DNA of 59,849 nt, the filler included. It is 4 parts of 4 records of this genome, joined end to end, with 100 filler letters (N's around TTAATTAATTAA, not from the genome) between each part and the next. Parts side by side here need not be neighbours in the genome. Positions count along the whole stretch, not along the records: positions 6,752 to 21,907 come from DRR378314_666; positions 22,008 to 51,559 come from DRR378314_668; 2 more parts are not named here. One strand, 5' to 3'. Made by a program: the position numbers and the translations under genes. This document shows positions 20,316 through 31,842 of the stretch, in pieces. The notes below the pieces were generated by a model. That model saw only the letters and a program-made list of their open reading frames with translations. It did not search any database and was not told the DNA's origin. Within the stretch, counting starts at the first letter, position 1, and each line of letters starts with the position of its first letter.

Positions 20316-21530
20316 CTACTCCGCCGGGGCTGCGCCCGTGGCCTCGGTCTTGGCGCGCTCTTTTTCCTTAACCTCCTCAAGCCAGATCGAATGGTGCTGG
20401 TGCGCCCAAGTCTCGTCCACCTCGCCGGTGCCCATGGCATCATAGGCCCCTTCCATGCCCACCGTGCCGATGTAGATATGCGCAATGATGATCGCCATCA
20501 GCACAAAGGCCACGATGGCATGCCACAGCTGCGCCAACTGCATCTCTTCCTGCGGCGCCAGCTCCGTCGGCAAGGCACCATACCCCAGCCATTGCGGCAA
20601 GCCGAGATCGTTGAGGATGCTGAAGGTCTTGGCAAAGAGCGGCAGTTCAAACGGGAACAGCAGTGACAAGCCGGAAAGTGATATCGACGCGCCAAACAGG
20701 ATCACCGACCAGAAGATCACCTTTTGGCCTGCATTGAATTTCTTTGCCGGCGGGTGTTTCTTGCCGACGATGCCGCCGAACTGCTTGATCCAGACCAGAT
20801 CGAGCTTGTTGGGGATGTTATGCGCAACCCACATGAAAAACACCATGATCAGAGCCAGCATGAAGGCCCAGGACACCGAATTGTGGATCCATTTGGAGCC
20901 GATCAGCAGCAGGGAATTCACGTCCTTGCCCAGATAGGGCTGGATCGCCACACGTCCGAACAGCGTCAACAGGCCGGTCACCCCGAGCAGGATGAAAGAT
21001 CCCGCCAGCATCCAATGGGCCAGACGCTCGATGAACTCAAAACGGGTCACGGTGCGACCGGCTTGTTCGCCGTCGACACGCACCCGCCCCCGCAGCAGAA
21101 AGAACAGCGCCAGCGCGCCGATCGTGCCGAGGAGCAGCCAACCGCCATATTGGCGCAAGGGTCCTTCGCGGAAGGTCAGCCAGCTCATGCCGCCATCCTG
21201 CACCAGAACAGTGGCCACATCGCCGCCCGCCGAGACGCGAATGTCGGCAGAATTGTAGCGCAAGGCCCGCCACAGCTCCGGGTCGGACTGGCCACCAAGG
21301 GTGCCCAAGTGCTCGTTGATCGCGGCGGCCGCGTCCGGGTTGCCGGTGGCCTCACTGCGGAATCGATCATCAATCGGCTCGCCACGCTGGCGGGCCATGA
21401 TGTCCTCCAGCGTCTGCGCCCCACCCGTCGCGCTGCGGTCGGGGGCAGTCGGGGCGGCGTCTTGTGCATGGGCCGAAAGGCCGCACATCAAGGCCAGCTT
21501 CAGCACGAATACGAAAATCAGGCGCGGCAT
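20316..21530 (-). CDS. fdnI: Formate dehydrogenase gamma subunit (cytochrome b) with an N-terminal periplasmic extension
   Basis: RF..IERLAHW, KWIHN, HPPAKKFNAGQK, LWHA, AHIYIGT and WAHQHH. Confidence 0.9.
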   Translation of the reverse strand: MPRLIFVFVLKLALMCGLSAHAQDAAPTAPDRSATGGAQTLEDIMARQRGEPIDDRFRSEATGNPDAAAAINEHLGTLGGQSDPELWRALRYNSADIRVSAGGDVATVLVQDGGMSWLTFREGPLRQYGGWLLLGTIGALALFFLLRGRVRVDGEQAGRTVTRFEFIERLAHWMLAGSFILLGVTGLLTLFGRVAIQPYLGKDVNSLLLIGSKWIHNSVSWAFMLALIMVFFMWVAHNIPNKLDLVWIKQFGGIVGKKHPPAKKFNAGQKVIFWSVILFGASISLSGLSLLFPFELPLFAKTFSILNDLGLPQWLGYGALPTELAPQEEMQLAQLWHAIVAFVLMAIIIAHIYIGTVGMEGAYDAMGTGEVDETWAHQHHSIWLEEVKEKERAKTEATGAAPAE

Positions 21531-21588
21531 GGATGGAACTCCCCGTTAAGCCGGATTTGAAAAATTGAATAGAGGGCACACCGGAAGG

Positions 21589-21608
21589 GGCCCGCCGCAT
21601 GGCGGGCC
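21589..21608. other. 8-bp GC hairpin between the fdh beta and gamma genes (possible mRNA stability or processing element)
   Basis: GGCCCGCC-gcat-GGCGGGCC; no clear U-tract. Confidence 0.4.
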
Positions 21609-21648
21609 GCCTCCTGTTGTCGGCGTGCCTTGAGAACAAAGGCCGGCG

Positions 21649-21907
21649 TCAGCCGCCCTTCTGTTCGTAGGCTGTGCCCCAGCCCCAGGCGCCGGAACCA
21701 AAGCCACGGGCCACCACACGCTCACGATAGACCGAGGATACCACGTCCCCATCACCCGCCAGGAGCGCTTTGGTGGAGCACATCTCGGCGCAGATCGGCA
21801 ATTTGCCTTCCGCGATCCGGTTGCGCCCGTACTTCTGGAACTCGGCCTGCGAGTTGTTTTCTTCGGGACCACCGGCACAGAAGGTACATTTGTCCATCTT
21901 GCCGCGG
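21649..21907 (-). CDS. fdh3B: Formate dehydrogenase Fe-S beta subunit (FDH3-type), 5'-truncated by the contig end
   Basis: KMDKCTFCAGGPE..KYGRNRIAEGKLPICAEMCSTKALLAGD. Confidence 0.9.
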
Positions 21908-22007
21908 NNNNNNNNNNNNNNNNNNNNNNNNNNNNNNNNNNNNNNNNNNNNTTAATTAATTAANNNNNNNNNNNNNNNNNNNNNNNNNNNNNNNNNNNNN
22001 NNNNNNN
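21908..22007. other. Artificial contig spacer
   Basis: N-run, TTAATTAATTAA, N-run. Confidence 0.98.
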
Positions 22008-22033
22008 GAGAGAGAGAGAGAGAGAGAGAGAGA
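22008..22033 (+). repeat. (GA)n microsatellite at the contig start
   Basis: Read directly from the sequence. Confidence 0.95.
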
Positions 22034-23964
22034 ATAGTTTTACTCTTCTGTTATTGTGTTGCGCTTTCATTCTCGAGGGCGACACTCATCTCTTTGCCGT
22101 GGAGCTACATACTGTCGAAGGCGGGGGGGGGAGAGGAGGGGCCACCGTGCCACTTCATAGACCTAGAACACGATCACGGGCGCCCCACCTCCTTCGCGCG
22201 CGCATTCTCCCGCTTCAAACGCACCTTGCGTCATTACGACAAACCCCACGAGAATAAGAAAGCAGATAATCTGCCATTTGTATTCCATGATAGTTTTTTT
22301 ACGGTTACCTCCGTAAGAAAGGTCGTAAAGGATGACGAAGCTCGCGCGCTCGAGCTGCCAGCTCACCTCATCCACCGCGCACTCGGATCAGCACGAGGTT
22401 CGTCCGTTACACACGGCACCCCCCCGGTACAAGCTCCCTTTCTTGCTCTTGTTGTGCCGTTCTCTTCCAACGGTATGCAAGCGCGATAACACAGTCTGCA
22501 AAAATTTTGTGTGACATATGCCTGTGTTTGGCATGCCACGTGGAGCTGCGTGTGCTAGCGGAGAGGTACGCGTGCGTGCTACGCGTGGAGGAGGGAGCGC
22601 TCGGTGGGCCGTTGGGGGAATGCGAGCTAGGGGGATGCGCACGGGGAGCGGAGAGCAAGCTGTGCAGATCCACAGCCAGGCAGACGCTAGGGTTCAAGGA
22701 TTCTATCCTTTATGCACACCGTATCCAATCTACGCCGAATATCGCCTCTGGCGCCCAGAAGTTGGGGCGCTTCCGCATGCTAAAACAGAATAGGAGGATG
22801 AATCATACCAGTTTTTCGTTTTGCTTTTTATTGCGCCCTAGGAAGAAACCTCGACGGAACCTAGGGGTACCAAATCAAAACAAATCAAAACATTGGGACT
22901 GAACGTACGCATTCTTTTCGCAAGACGAGGCGCGCGCGCGCGCAATCTCGTCTTTCTTGCCAGGATACCATCGCAGGGGTTAGGAGGGCCTTGAGGCCAC
23001 AGCCCTACTGGACACGGAAACATAAAGAAAGATCCGGTACTTGCACTCATAAGACAGGCTGGCTTTTACCCGCATTCCTCGGGGAAAGAGGTCTAGAACA
23101 GCCAGAGCTGCCCTAGGACAGGTGCCACAGGGGAGCTGCATTCTCCTGCTGTCGTCCAGTTCAAGCATATCCGTCACAGAAACGGAAACCCGTGCTTCGA
23201 TTCTTGCGCAGGGCGTAAATGATCCATACTTTTTCGGAGATCACGGTTTGTGTCTTTGGTTGAGAGGGATAGACAGCAAGGTTGCACCAAAACAAGCAGC
23301 CGGACCGGAAATCAATTGTACACCCTTCTATTCCTTGCTTCTCGGCGATTGTTAGCTACGGGATATAAATCAAATCGATCGTCTTGCCTGCGCTCCACTT
23401 TGACGACGAAAGCATGCGCTAGCCAAACTTACTTGCCAGATCAAGCTATTCACAGGACCATAGCGAGTATCCATGGCATGGCATCCTATTGTGTGTTTTG
23501 TGTGCGTCTTTGTCTTTCTCGTGAGAGGGGCGGCAGCGAACCAAACCAACGGATACGACATTACAGAAATACTGTCCGTCGCGGTGAGGTGGCAAGGGAA
23601 TACTTTATTCGTAGTGTAAACAAATCGCGCGCACGCACACATGCACCTTTGCACCACTGCTATCAAATAGCATGCGCGCCTGCTCCCTTTTCGTTTGCAG
23701 CAAGGACCGTCTCTACCAAGCCCTGGTCAGAGCAACGGAAAGAAAAATCCTGCAACATTTCGCGGCCCCTTGCACCGCCCCTCCCAAAAACCAAAACCAC
23801 GAATACCGCGCGAATGCCAACAAGCACTGCCACGCAACATATTTCCACTTCACACACGCCACAATTCTGGTTCTCGTTTTTCTTCTGACAATGCTGAGCT
23901 CGGTTTGAAACCAAAACGCAAACCAAACCCCCAACACGCAAGTGCGCGCCGCTCCTTGTCAACC

Positions 23965-26900
23965 TCACATCTGAGACCGCTCGGAGCTCGTCGGCGAAAA
24001 CATGCCTCCGTTTTCCGCAAGAAGCCCTCGCGCCGAGCCGATCCCCCTCGCTGCCCCGAGCTCCGAGCGACTCTCAAAACCGGTGGGAACGTCGACGCTT
24101 GGAGAGGCGTGTACTTCTTGCGCGGCAGGTGCGCAAAGGTCGCCAAGCTCAACCGCATCCGTTTCCCCGCCGCTCGACGTCGCCCCGGGCTTTGCAGCGT
24201 GACGACGGTGTTCCTTAATGCCTACCATACGCAGAACGGGGCCAAATCGATGAACAATGGCTTGGCGCGCGGCAGCGCTGCTCCACAGCCCATAGAGCAA
24301 AAGGACGAAAAACGGCGAGCACTGGAACATGATCAGGACCACGGCGGCGCCGTCGTCGCTTGGCTCGACAAAGCCGCCTGCGTACGCCATTCCGAAGAAA
24401 AAGTTGAGAAACTGTACAAGGAGAGAATAGGTTTCAAAAGCATTCTTGTCGCGCTCTTCATACGGCGCTACAATGCCATGTGCAAGCAGCATCGTCATCC
24501 CGACAATGGACGCGGCAAACACCTGTTTCGACGCCGCGACGAAGCCAACGACGACCCACAAGAGAACCTTGTGGAAGAGTCGCACCAGTTCCCAGAACCA
24601 GAGCCCATCTCGAAAGTCTACGTACAGCGTTCCGTACTTTGCCTGCATTACTTCGGTGTCGAGCCGATCGCGCTTTGCGTACAGCTTCCAGATGAGAAAC
24701 AAGGGTATGCCAAAAGTCACAAGTACAATTGCTACCGCAACAAATACAGTATAGCCTTGATACTCTGACGTTCCGCATTCGATAGAATAGTCCGCTTTCA
24801 GATACTGAACACCTTCGATCGTACGGCAGTTGAAAAACGCAAACGCCTTGCCGGTGACGCTCGGGTACACCAGCAGCAGCAGCAGCGCGATGTTCTTTGA
24901 CAAATTGCGCCGCGCCACGCGACCGTCGAGCCCCGTGCGAATTTGCACAACGTGCCACACGTACAAGATGACGGCGAGAATGATCGGGAACACAAGCGCA
25001 AACACAATTTCCCCGTAAAATGACGTCGAGACCAGACACGAGAATGACGAGAACCGTAGCAAGTCCAGCTTGAGCACCGCCATGGCAGACATTGTATCGG
25101 AGTACGACTCTGGCCAGACAACCTCGAACTCCTGCGCAAGTGTCGACGCCTGAACGAATCCAATCAGAATCTTGGTCATTGACACCCACTTTTTCGACTT
25201 TTTCACGTTCTCCGTCGGACGGAAGATGCGATAGCCAATAAATGAGAGCGCAAGCATGAACAAGATCACGATGGCAGTCGTTTCACTGGTGCCAAGGCAC
25301 TCGTAGCAGAGGTACCCGCGTCGGAAGTACCCATCCGCGCACTCGCCGCATGCGACGCCACCGTACCCGGTCGCGCACGCGCTTGTATCCGACGCATTCC
25401 CAGCCGAAAGCGCCGCAGTGCCGCCGGCGCACGCCTGTACAATAGCGCATGTGTAAAACGAGAGCGAGGTCTGCGAAGGCCGCCAAAATCCGCGCAGCGG
25501 CTGCATCGACCTAAGACTGGTGCCGGGCTCCGAGCAATCGGCGCCCGGTGGGCACGCGGCGCACGTCTGCGAGCCTGGCGCGCCGTTGTAGTGCCCCAAA
25601 GGACACGGCGAGCATGCAAACTGGCCCGCGCTGCCAGCAATAGTCCCCGCGGGACACACCCGGCAGTTCTCGAGTCCGTACGCATCGGCAAAAGTCCCCG
25701 GTTCGCACTCCGCGCAGAAAGGTCGCCCCGTCGTGTTCGCCGCCGTCCCAGGAGAGCACAGCTCGCACTCTGTGCTTCTGAGCTGGCGAGCGAACGTTCC
25801 GGGCGCGCACACTTCGCACACAGACGCGCCGGACGAATTACTAAACTTTCCGCGTTCGCACGCGACGCACGATGACTCCTGGGCTGTACCACTGCTGCTG
25901 TTGGCAGAACGCTGCGTACCGGGACTGCAGGGAGTGCACGCAGTTGCGCGGTCCAACGCTGTGAATTCGCCCGCCGGGCACGGTGTGCACGCCGTAGCGC
26001 CACTCACGTTCGAGTACGTCCCAGTCGCGCACGCAGAGCACAACGGAACCTCCGTCAGAGCAAAATATCCAGGCGCGCATGCCAGCTCCAGCGGCGCTAC
26101 AGCGGCGGGAGGCGATGGCGCCGACCCGCCACTCTCGACCCAGACTTGCAGTGAGAATGTGCCGAAAACGCGCGTGTCGTTGAGCACGCACAGTGCCGAC
26201 GACAACGACGCAGGACTCGCCGACCGGTTCACTTGCACAATCTCGCCAACGAGCGACTCGACAGCCGCGGACGCGCTCCCATTGGAAGCGCTGCATCGCA
26301 AGACCGGCGCCGGCACTCGGTGGGCCTGCCAGAGCAGATCAACGCACACCACAACGGTCGCCGCATACTCGCTGCGGCCGCTGCCGACGGGACTTGGCTG
26401 CTCTACGCGCGCCTGCCCTGTCCGGGCGCCGCACAGCGACGCATTGGCAACTCCCGGTAGCGGCATGACATGGACGGGGGAGTTTGTGAGATTCGCGCCG
26501 CCAGACTGCGTCCACGCGCGGATGGAGTACGGCACCGTGTCCCAAAACGTGACCGTCAGGCCGTTTGCGTCCGCCGCAACTAGTGGCTGCTTGCGCGCCG
26601 CGCTGCACCCTGCGCCATACGCAGTCTCATTTCCGCACACAATAGCATACGCAAACGAGTCGGCACCGAGTCCACTCACGTCATAGCGCACGGGATGGCC
26701 AGCGAACACAGCGTCAGTGCCGGTGAAAAGCGTAGGCGTTTCCACGGCCCCGGGAAGAAGTAGCGCGGGAAGATCCGCAGCGCCTTCGTCAATTGTGCTT
26801 CCGTTCGCGTGCGATGGCGGCAGGCGCGTCCCCACACCCACCGCGCCAAGCTCACCGCTCGCACTAGGATTCTGCACGGATGCAACGACAAGCTTGAACG

Positions 26901-29900
26901 CAGCGCCGTCCACGCTAATAGCAGCGCTTATGTGCGCCTCAAACGAGCGCGGTGACAACACTTGCACACTGGCAAGGGCAGAGAGGTTCAGTGCAACGTC
27001 CGCGGCGCGGAGCGACGAGATGTTATAGAGAGCTGGCAGCGTGACAACAAAGGCACCGCCCGCAGGCACGGGGTTCGTCAGCACGCCCGTCACCGTAACC
27101 GTCGCGGTACTGCCCACAGTGCGATTCGACAGTTCCACATCCATGGAGGCAATCTCTCCGGCAGAGACAGCAAATCCCACAGTGGCTGGAAACACGTCGA
27201 TCGCGACCCCTCCCGCGACAGCGGTCAGCGACGTCACAGCAAATGTGCCCACGGATGCAATGCTGTACGGCGGCAGCGTCAGGTTGGTGAAGAGGAGCTC
27301 CACTGCGCCGTTCTCGCCTGGCACTGCGGGTTCGCTGTACACCTCTGCAGGTGTTGCTGCGTACGACACGTTTGCACCTGCGTCGCAAGGAGTCAGCTGC
27401 ACCGAGGTGTTACCGCCCGCAGGCTGCACGAGCGTCGTCGACGTCCGCACCCCACGCACAGCCACCGCAGCCACCGCCCGCTGCGCCATACTGTCTTCGA
27501 AAAAAGGTGCAAACGATAGCGAAAAGGCACCGTTCTGCGGGACAGGATTCCGAGGGTATAGCGCCACCGACAAAAGGCACGATGCGCCAGCGCGCGGAAC
27601 CGGGCACGACACCGAAGGCGCCGCCGCTGTGCCCGCCGCAAGCGTGCTAAGCGCAACCGCGTTGCTCTGCAGAACCAGGACCCCGTCACTGCGCGTTGAG
27701 AACCCCATGGCGAACACACCAGGCACTCCAGACCATGGCGGCATCACAACGTTGCATAGACCACCGCGCAATGTAGCGTCTTGCGAGATCGTGTGATTAA
27801 CGCTGCAGTGCAGCAGCAGTGCCGTGCGCCCAGCAGGAACAGACGCGGAACACACAGTCTCCATCGCCCACTGCGCAGCCGTCCCGTTGTCCTGCTCCAG
27901 GGCCAACGATACACTGTCTGCTACACCGCTGGGCACCGTGCAGAACGGCGGGAGAGTAAACGTCACCGTGGTCGGTTCAAACACCGAGCGCTCTGGCACT
28001 GCGGTAAAGTTGATGCACCCGCGAGCCCCAGCGGACACGGGCGACGCTGGCACCCCGCCTGAAAACGCAAGCTGTCCCACAGCAGTCCCGCACACAGGCG
28101 CAAGCGTCTGTACGGCGCCGATTTCAATATCCAGCGAGGCGTTGCTCCACGATGGTGCGCCGGCAGCAGCGTACCGGCCGTTGGCACGCGAAACCGTGAC
28201 CGATGCGCCGTACAGGCCTCCCGAAAAGTTCCCATTCGACCACGAAATGCTCGTCTCGTTCACCACGCGCAGCATCGCTACCGCCCCAGACGAGCCGTTC
28301 TGCGGATGCCCCAACACAATTGTGCTAGCATCCAGCGACATGTCTGCAACGTACGGAGCAGACGGGAGCTTCATGTAGTCGACAAACTCCCACGCCTGCG
28401 TGCGCCCTGGATCGCGGAAAAACGCCACGCCCCCTTCTGCACCGGCAACCAGTATCGTGCCAAGCTCGTTCAACGCGACGCCATACCCGAAGCCGCCGAG
28501 CGCCGCTCGCGCCGCAGAGGCTGCCGCTGGGAGCGCCGTCTCGTTGAGAACCACCGCATCTGCGGCGTTCCACGTCCCGTCGCCACGTTCGCGCAACACA
28601 CCAGCGCCGTGCACATGGAGACCCCTCCGGCTAATCGCAAGCGTCCGCCCGTTGCCACTGAGCGAAACATCAGTATACTGCCCAGGCGCGCGCGCGAGAC
28701 GCACGGCGCCGCCCTTTGTCCTAAGCAGGCCACTCAGCACCGGGCTCCACGAACCGCCATCGAAGAGCACGTCCCAGTAGGGCCTCTCTTGGACATTCTC
28801 CCGCGCGCGCAAAATAGATATAATCGCCTTGTGCGGCGATTGCCCTGCGGTAAGGAACGCAACCGTTCGCCCACTGCTGTCGCACCACACCCCACTGCCC
28901 GCCGAGTTGATCGTCGCGCCCTCGGCGGCAACAAAGTCGTACTGCCGAGTCGTGTTCTCCATCCATCTGGCCGAAACGCCGTCGTACTCGTACACATACA
29001 GCACCCCGTGTGAAGATATTGAACCGCGCGCGGTCACATACAGGACTGTCGCGTCCTCCGAAAGCGCAACAGCAAACCCAAACCACCTCGGCTTCAAGCC
29101 GTCCCTGGGAATAAACTGCACCATCTCCCACGCAGACACCGTGCCGTTGGGGAAGAGCGCGCGCCGAAACACGTACGCCCCCGAGTCTGCACCGCCAAGA
29201 TCTCCCGACCCGGCAACGGCAAGAATAGTGCCGTTGCCGTTAAGGGCGACATTCTGCCCAAACCCAACACGATATGTCGCAATCGCTGGCAACAGCACTT
29301 GCGCGTCCACGCCTGCGCCGCTCGCCGCCACCGTCGTCCCGTTCTCCTGGCACGACGCCGTCGACGCAGCGCACAGCAGGCCATCGCCAGATGTACCAAA
29401 CGCACACTGGCACGCGCGCGAACCAGCCGTATTCGTGCACAGCGCCCCGCTAGCGCACGGTGTGGGTGCTCCGGGGGCGGAACTCGCAGAGGCACACTCG
29501 TCACTGTCCACGCAACCGTCACCGTTGGTCGCACGCACATATCCACTCGGGCAAGTCCGCGCGGCGCGCTCGCTCGGAGAGCAAGCGGACTGGCACTGCC
29601 CGCCCTCTACCGAGCACAGCAGCCCGGCGTTCGGCGTGCAAGGGCACTGCAGCTCTTGCGTCTGTACCGCTCCAACATCCGAGTCCAAATCAAGCAGCGT
29701 GCCCGGTGCGCCAGCGAGCGCCGCCGTTCCGTCTCCGCTCAGCGCCAGGGACGCGCCAAAGTACGAGTTCGGGCGGCGGCTGCTGCCAGCCCCAAACGGG
29801 AGCAGGGAACCCAGGGTGCCCGATCCCGCGCCCGTCAGCGCAAACGCTTCACCTCCGCGCAGCGACGTTTCGCTGTCCTGCGGCGCGCCAAGCACGGCGA

Positions 29901-31842
29901 GCGATCCTTGCCAGTCGATAGCGGCCGTATATAGGACTGTGTCCGATACCGCGTATCCCGTAAACTCCCAGCTGTTGTGTCGCCCATTGTCGGACAACAC
30001 AACGGCGCCTCGCTCCCCTCCCAGGACCATGATGACCCCAGCACTGTCGAGCGCGACACCGTAACCGAGCTCGCCAACTGCAGCCGCGGCTGTGGCTGCA
30101 CCCGACGCGCTTTGCGCGCTGAGCCATCCGGAGGTCAAAATCACAATCCCCGTTTCGTTCCAGTCGGCGGTACCCAGGCCACCCGCAGCTGCCATACGCG
30201 CGACCAGCACGCCAGACATGCCCGCGTGCCGGCCCACAGCAACGCTTCGCCCGTCCCCGCTGATCGCCACATCGGTAAACGTTGCGGGCTCGCTGCTGTC
30301 GCGTACATTGGCAGACGTAGAGTACCCTTGCGAAAACAGCGCCTGTGTAGCTCCCGCGCTAGGCGCATCGAGCCATGCGCCGAGGGCAATGCCCAGACGC
30401 CAAGTGACCGTGCCGTTGGTGTTCTGCAAGTGGAACACGCCGACGGCCGCGTCCCTCCCGGTCCCATTGTTCACAGACCCGAGCACGGCCAGCGTCTCGC
30501 CGGACGAGCTGCTCCACACGCCAGCCGCACCAGTGGCCAGCGAAGCCGACGTGTTGTACAAAGGGATGTTCAGCGTCAGGCTTGGGACCGCGAGCCACGT
30601 GCCGTTGCTCGCGCGGTCGTACACAACGACTGTCGCATTGGCTCCGCTGGCGTGCGTCACAAACGCGCGCAGCCCGGCGCCGTCTAGCGCAACGCCAGCG
30701 CCAAATACCCCAGTTGCCCCGCCAGCAGAGAGCGTCTGCGACAACGCCCATGCGCTGGACATTCCATTCGCATCGATATCACGCGTGAAAAGGTACACTT
30801 TGCCGTTCGAGGACAGCGGCGCGCCCACTCCAGCAACCGTCCCATTCCCGCTCAGCGCTACTGCCTGGCCGAACCGCAGGTTGGGCACTCTGTCACTACG
30901 CGGTGGGTACGTAGCGCGGGCGAGCTGCGCCAGCACAGCAGGCGAACCCGCCGCACCTGTGCCGCACGGGACAGTCCGGACGCACACGGTGCCGTTATCA
31001 GCATACCCGTACCCGCACTGACACAAATACGAGCCGTACGTATTGACACAAAGCGACGAAGCAGGACACGCGCCGCTTCCGCCGGCGGTACATTCATCCC
31101 TGTCTACGCAGCTCCCGTTCGCCGACGATACAAGCCAAACGCTCCCCGACGCGCTAAACGGGCTCGGGCACACAGCCTCTTCCCGCGCAGCCTCGGCGCC
31201 AATCGCAGGGCGTGTACACGTTTCAGACACATACGTGATCGAAATACGAATTGAAGCTTCGCCGAGTCGAGACACATAGCACGAGCCGGTCACGTTGACA
31301 AAAACGCTGGCGATCCCGCCGACGGGCACCGTTACCGAGAGCGAGCCGCCCCCAGCGACGGCTGAAGTGTTGGTGCAGTTCGTAGACAGAGGCTGCACCT
31401 GCGAACCAACATTTGCCAGTTCAAGAAGTGCGCCAATCTCCACCGCGGAGCTCGCAGGAACAAAGCCAATCGATGTAACATTGATGCGAATACCGCGTTC
31501 GCTCCATCCGAGCCGGCGGTCCGGCGGGCACGCTGCGGCCGCGCCAGTGCACGTTTCGGCCACGTCGCACTCCCCGGCCGCAGGCCGGCAAACGGTGGCG
31601 CTGGAGCGAAACGCGTCCGCCGGACACAAGTTGGAAACCCCATCGCATACCTCGGACACATCGCACGGGCCAGCTGCCGCTCGGCAGACAGTGCCAGCGC
31701 CAAGAACGGTTCCGTTACTGCCACAGCATCCACCACTGGTACAAGACGCCGCAGACGCGTGCGGAATCGCATGCGCATTGTTCGCGCACGCTGCGCTGAG
31801 GAGCAGGCTGGCCGCCAACACAACCCAGCCTTGCCGCGGCAT
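23965..31842 (-). CDS. Intronless ~2,625-aa cell-surface protein: signal peptide, tandem disintegrin-like repeats, 2x(Ca-EGF plus FG-GAP beta-propeller), beta-rich stalk, GCC2/GCC3 Cys repeats, multipass TM domain
   Basis: 7.9-kb open frame. [38 protein letters not shown] and [37 protein letters not shown] and [17 protein letters not shown]; repeated FG.AVALS.DG...GAP; repeated C..C..G.F/Y; about 8-9 TM helices with [10 protein letters not shown] and KYGTLY..FR...WFWE. Confidence 0.9.
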   Translation of the reverse strand: MPRQGWVVLAASLLLSAACANNAHAIPHASAASCTSGGCCGSNGTVLGAGTVCRAAAGPCDVSEVCDGVSNLCPADAFRSSATVCRPAAGECDVAETCTGAAAACPPDRRLGWSERGIRINVTSIGFVPASSAVEIGALLELANVGSQVQPLSTNCTNTSAVAGGGSLSVTVPVGGIASVFVNVTGSCYVSRLGEASIRISITYVSETCTRPAIGAEAAREEAVCPSPFSASGSVWLVSSANGSCVDRDECTAGGSGACPASSLCVNTYGSYLCQCGYGYADNGTVCVRTVPCGTGAAGSPAVLAQLARATYPPRSDRVPNLRFGQAVALSGNGTVAGVGAPLSSNGKVYLFTRDIDANGMSSAWALSQTLSAGGATGVFGAGVALDGAGLRAFVTHASGANATVVVYDRASNGTWLAVPSLTLNIPLYNTSASLATGAAGVWSSSSGETLAVLGSVNNGTGRDAAVGVFHLQNTNGTVTWRLGIALGAWLDAPSAGATQALFSQGYSTSANVRDSSEPATFTDVAISGDGRSVAVGRHAGMSGVLVARMAAAGGLGTADWNETGIVILTSGWLSAQSASGAATAAAAVGELGYGVALDSAGVIMVLGGERGAVVLSDNGRHNSWEFTGYAVSDTVLYTAAIDWQGSLAVLGAPQDSETSLRGGEAFALTGAGSGTLGSLLPFGAGSSRRPNSYFGASLALSGDGTAALAGAPGTLLDLDSDVGAVQTQELQCPCTPNAGLLCSVEGGQCQSACSPSERAARTCPSGYVRATNGDGCVDSDECASASSAPGAPTPCASGALCTNTAGSRACQCAFGTSGDGLLCAASTASCQENGTTVAASGAGVDAQVLLPAIATYRVGFGQNVALNGNGTILAVAGSGDLGGADSGAYVFRRALFPNGTVSAWEMVQFIPRDGLKPRWFGFAVALSEDATVLYVTARGSISSHGVLYVYEYDGVSARWMENTTRQYDFVAAEGATINSAGSGVWCDSSGRTVAFLTAGQSPHKAIISILRARENVQERPYWDVLFDGGSWSPVLSGLLRTKGGAVRLARAPGQYTDVSLSGNGRTLAISRRGLHVHGAGVLRERGDGTWNAADAVVLNETALPAAASAARAALGGFGYGVALNELGTILVAGAEGGVAFFRDPGRTQAWEFVDYMKLPSAPYVADMSLDASTIVLGHPQNGSSGAVAMLRVVNETSISWSNGNFSGGLYGASVTVSRANGRYAAAGAPSWSNASLDIEIGAVQTLAPVCGTAVGQLAFSGGVPASPVSAGARGCINFTAVPERSVFEPTTVTFTLPPFCTVPSGVADSVSLALEQDNGTAAQWAMETVCSASVPAGRTALLLHCSVNHTISQDATLRGGLCNVVMPPWSGVPGVFAMGFSTRSDGVLVLQSNAVALSTLAAGTAAAPSVSCPVPRAGASCLLSVALYPRNPVPQNGAFSLSFAPFFEDSMAQRAVAAVAVRGVRTSTTLVQPAGGNTSVQLTPCDAGANVSYAATPAEVYSEPAVPGENGAVELLFTNLTLPPYSIASVGTFAVTSLTAVAGGVAIDVFPATVGFAVSAGEIASMDVELSNRTVGSTATVTVTGVLTNPVPAGGAFVVTLPALYNISSLRAADVALNLSALASVQVLSPRSFEAHISAAISVDGAAFKLVVASVQNPSASGELGAVGVGTRLPPSHANGSTIDEGAADLPALLLPGAVETPTLFTGTDAVFAGHPVRYDVSGLGADSFAYAIVCGNETAYGAGCSAARKQPLVAADANGLTVTFWDTVPYSIRAWTQSGGANLTNSPVHVMPLPGVANASLCGARTGQARVEQPSPVGSGRSEYAATVVVCVDLLWQAHRVPAPVLRCSASNGSASAAVESLVGEIVQVNRSASPASLSSALCVLNDTRVFGTFSLQVWVESGGSAPSPPAAVAPLELACAPGYFALTEVPLCSACATGTYSNVSGATACTPCPAGEFTALDRATACTPCSPGTQRSANSSSGTAQESSCVACERGKFSNSSGASVCEVCAPGTFARQLRSTECELCSPGTAANTTGRPFCAECEPGTFADAYGLENCRVCPAGTIAGSAGQFACSPCPLGHYNGAPGSQTCAACPPGADCSEPGTSLRSMQPLRGFWRPSQTSLSFYTCAIVQACAGGTAALSAGNASDTSACATGYGGVACGECADGYFRRGYLCYECLGTSETTAIVILFMLALSFIGYRIFRPTENVKKSKKWVSMTKILIGFVQASTLAQEFEVVWPESYSDTMSAMAVLKLDLLRFSSFSCLVSTSFYGEIVFALVFPIILAVILYVWHVVQIRTGLDGRVARRNLSKNIALLLLLVYPSVTGKAFAFFNCRTIEGVQYLKADYSIECGTSEYQGYTVFVAVAIVLVTFGIPLFLIWKLYAKRDRLDTEVMQAKYGTLYVDFRDGLWFWELVRLFHKVLLWVVVGFVAASKQVFAASIVGMTMLLAHGIVAPYEERDKNAFETYSLLVQFLNFFFGMAYAGGFVEPSDDGAAVVLIMFQCSPFFVLLLYGLWSSAAARQAIVHRFGPVLRMVGIKEHRRHAAKPGATSSGGETDAVELGDLCAPAAQEVHASPSVDVPTGFESRSELGAARGIGSARGLLAENGGMFSPTSSERSQM

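Noticed and set aside
18917-20371. 484-aa plus-strand ORF and other long antisense ORFs in the bacterial contig and opposite the giant receptor (e.g. 28829-30064)
   Set aside because: These are shadow ORFs of GC-rich coding sequence on the other strand, with no recognisable motifs.
6652-22007. Bacteria-to-eukaryote horizontal transfer of the ufa/fdh region
   Set aside because: There is no real junction sequence, the operons and promoters are intact and bacterial, there are no introns, and a gene is cut at the contig edge.
22034-23960. Short ORFs between the contig start and the receptor stop codon
   Set aside because: No recognisable motifs or consistent splice model. I also recognised no tRNA, rRNA or snRNA signature here or elsewhere in the window.
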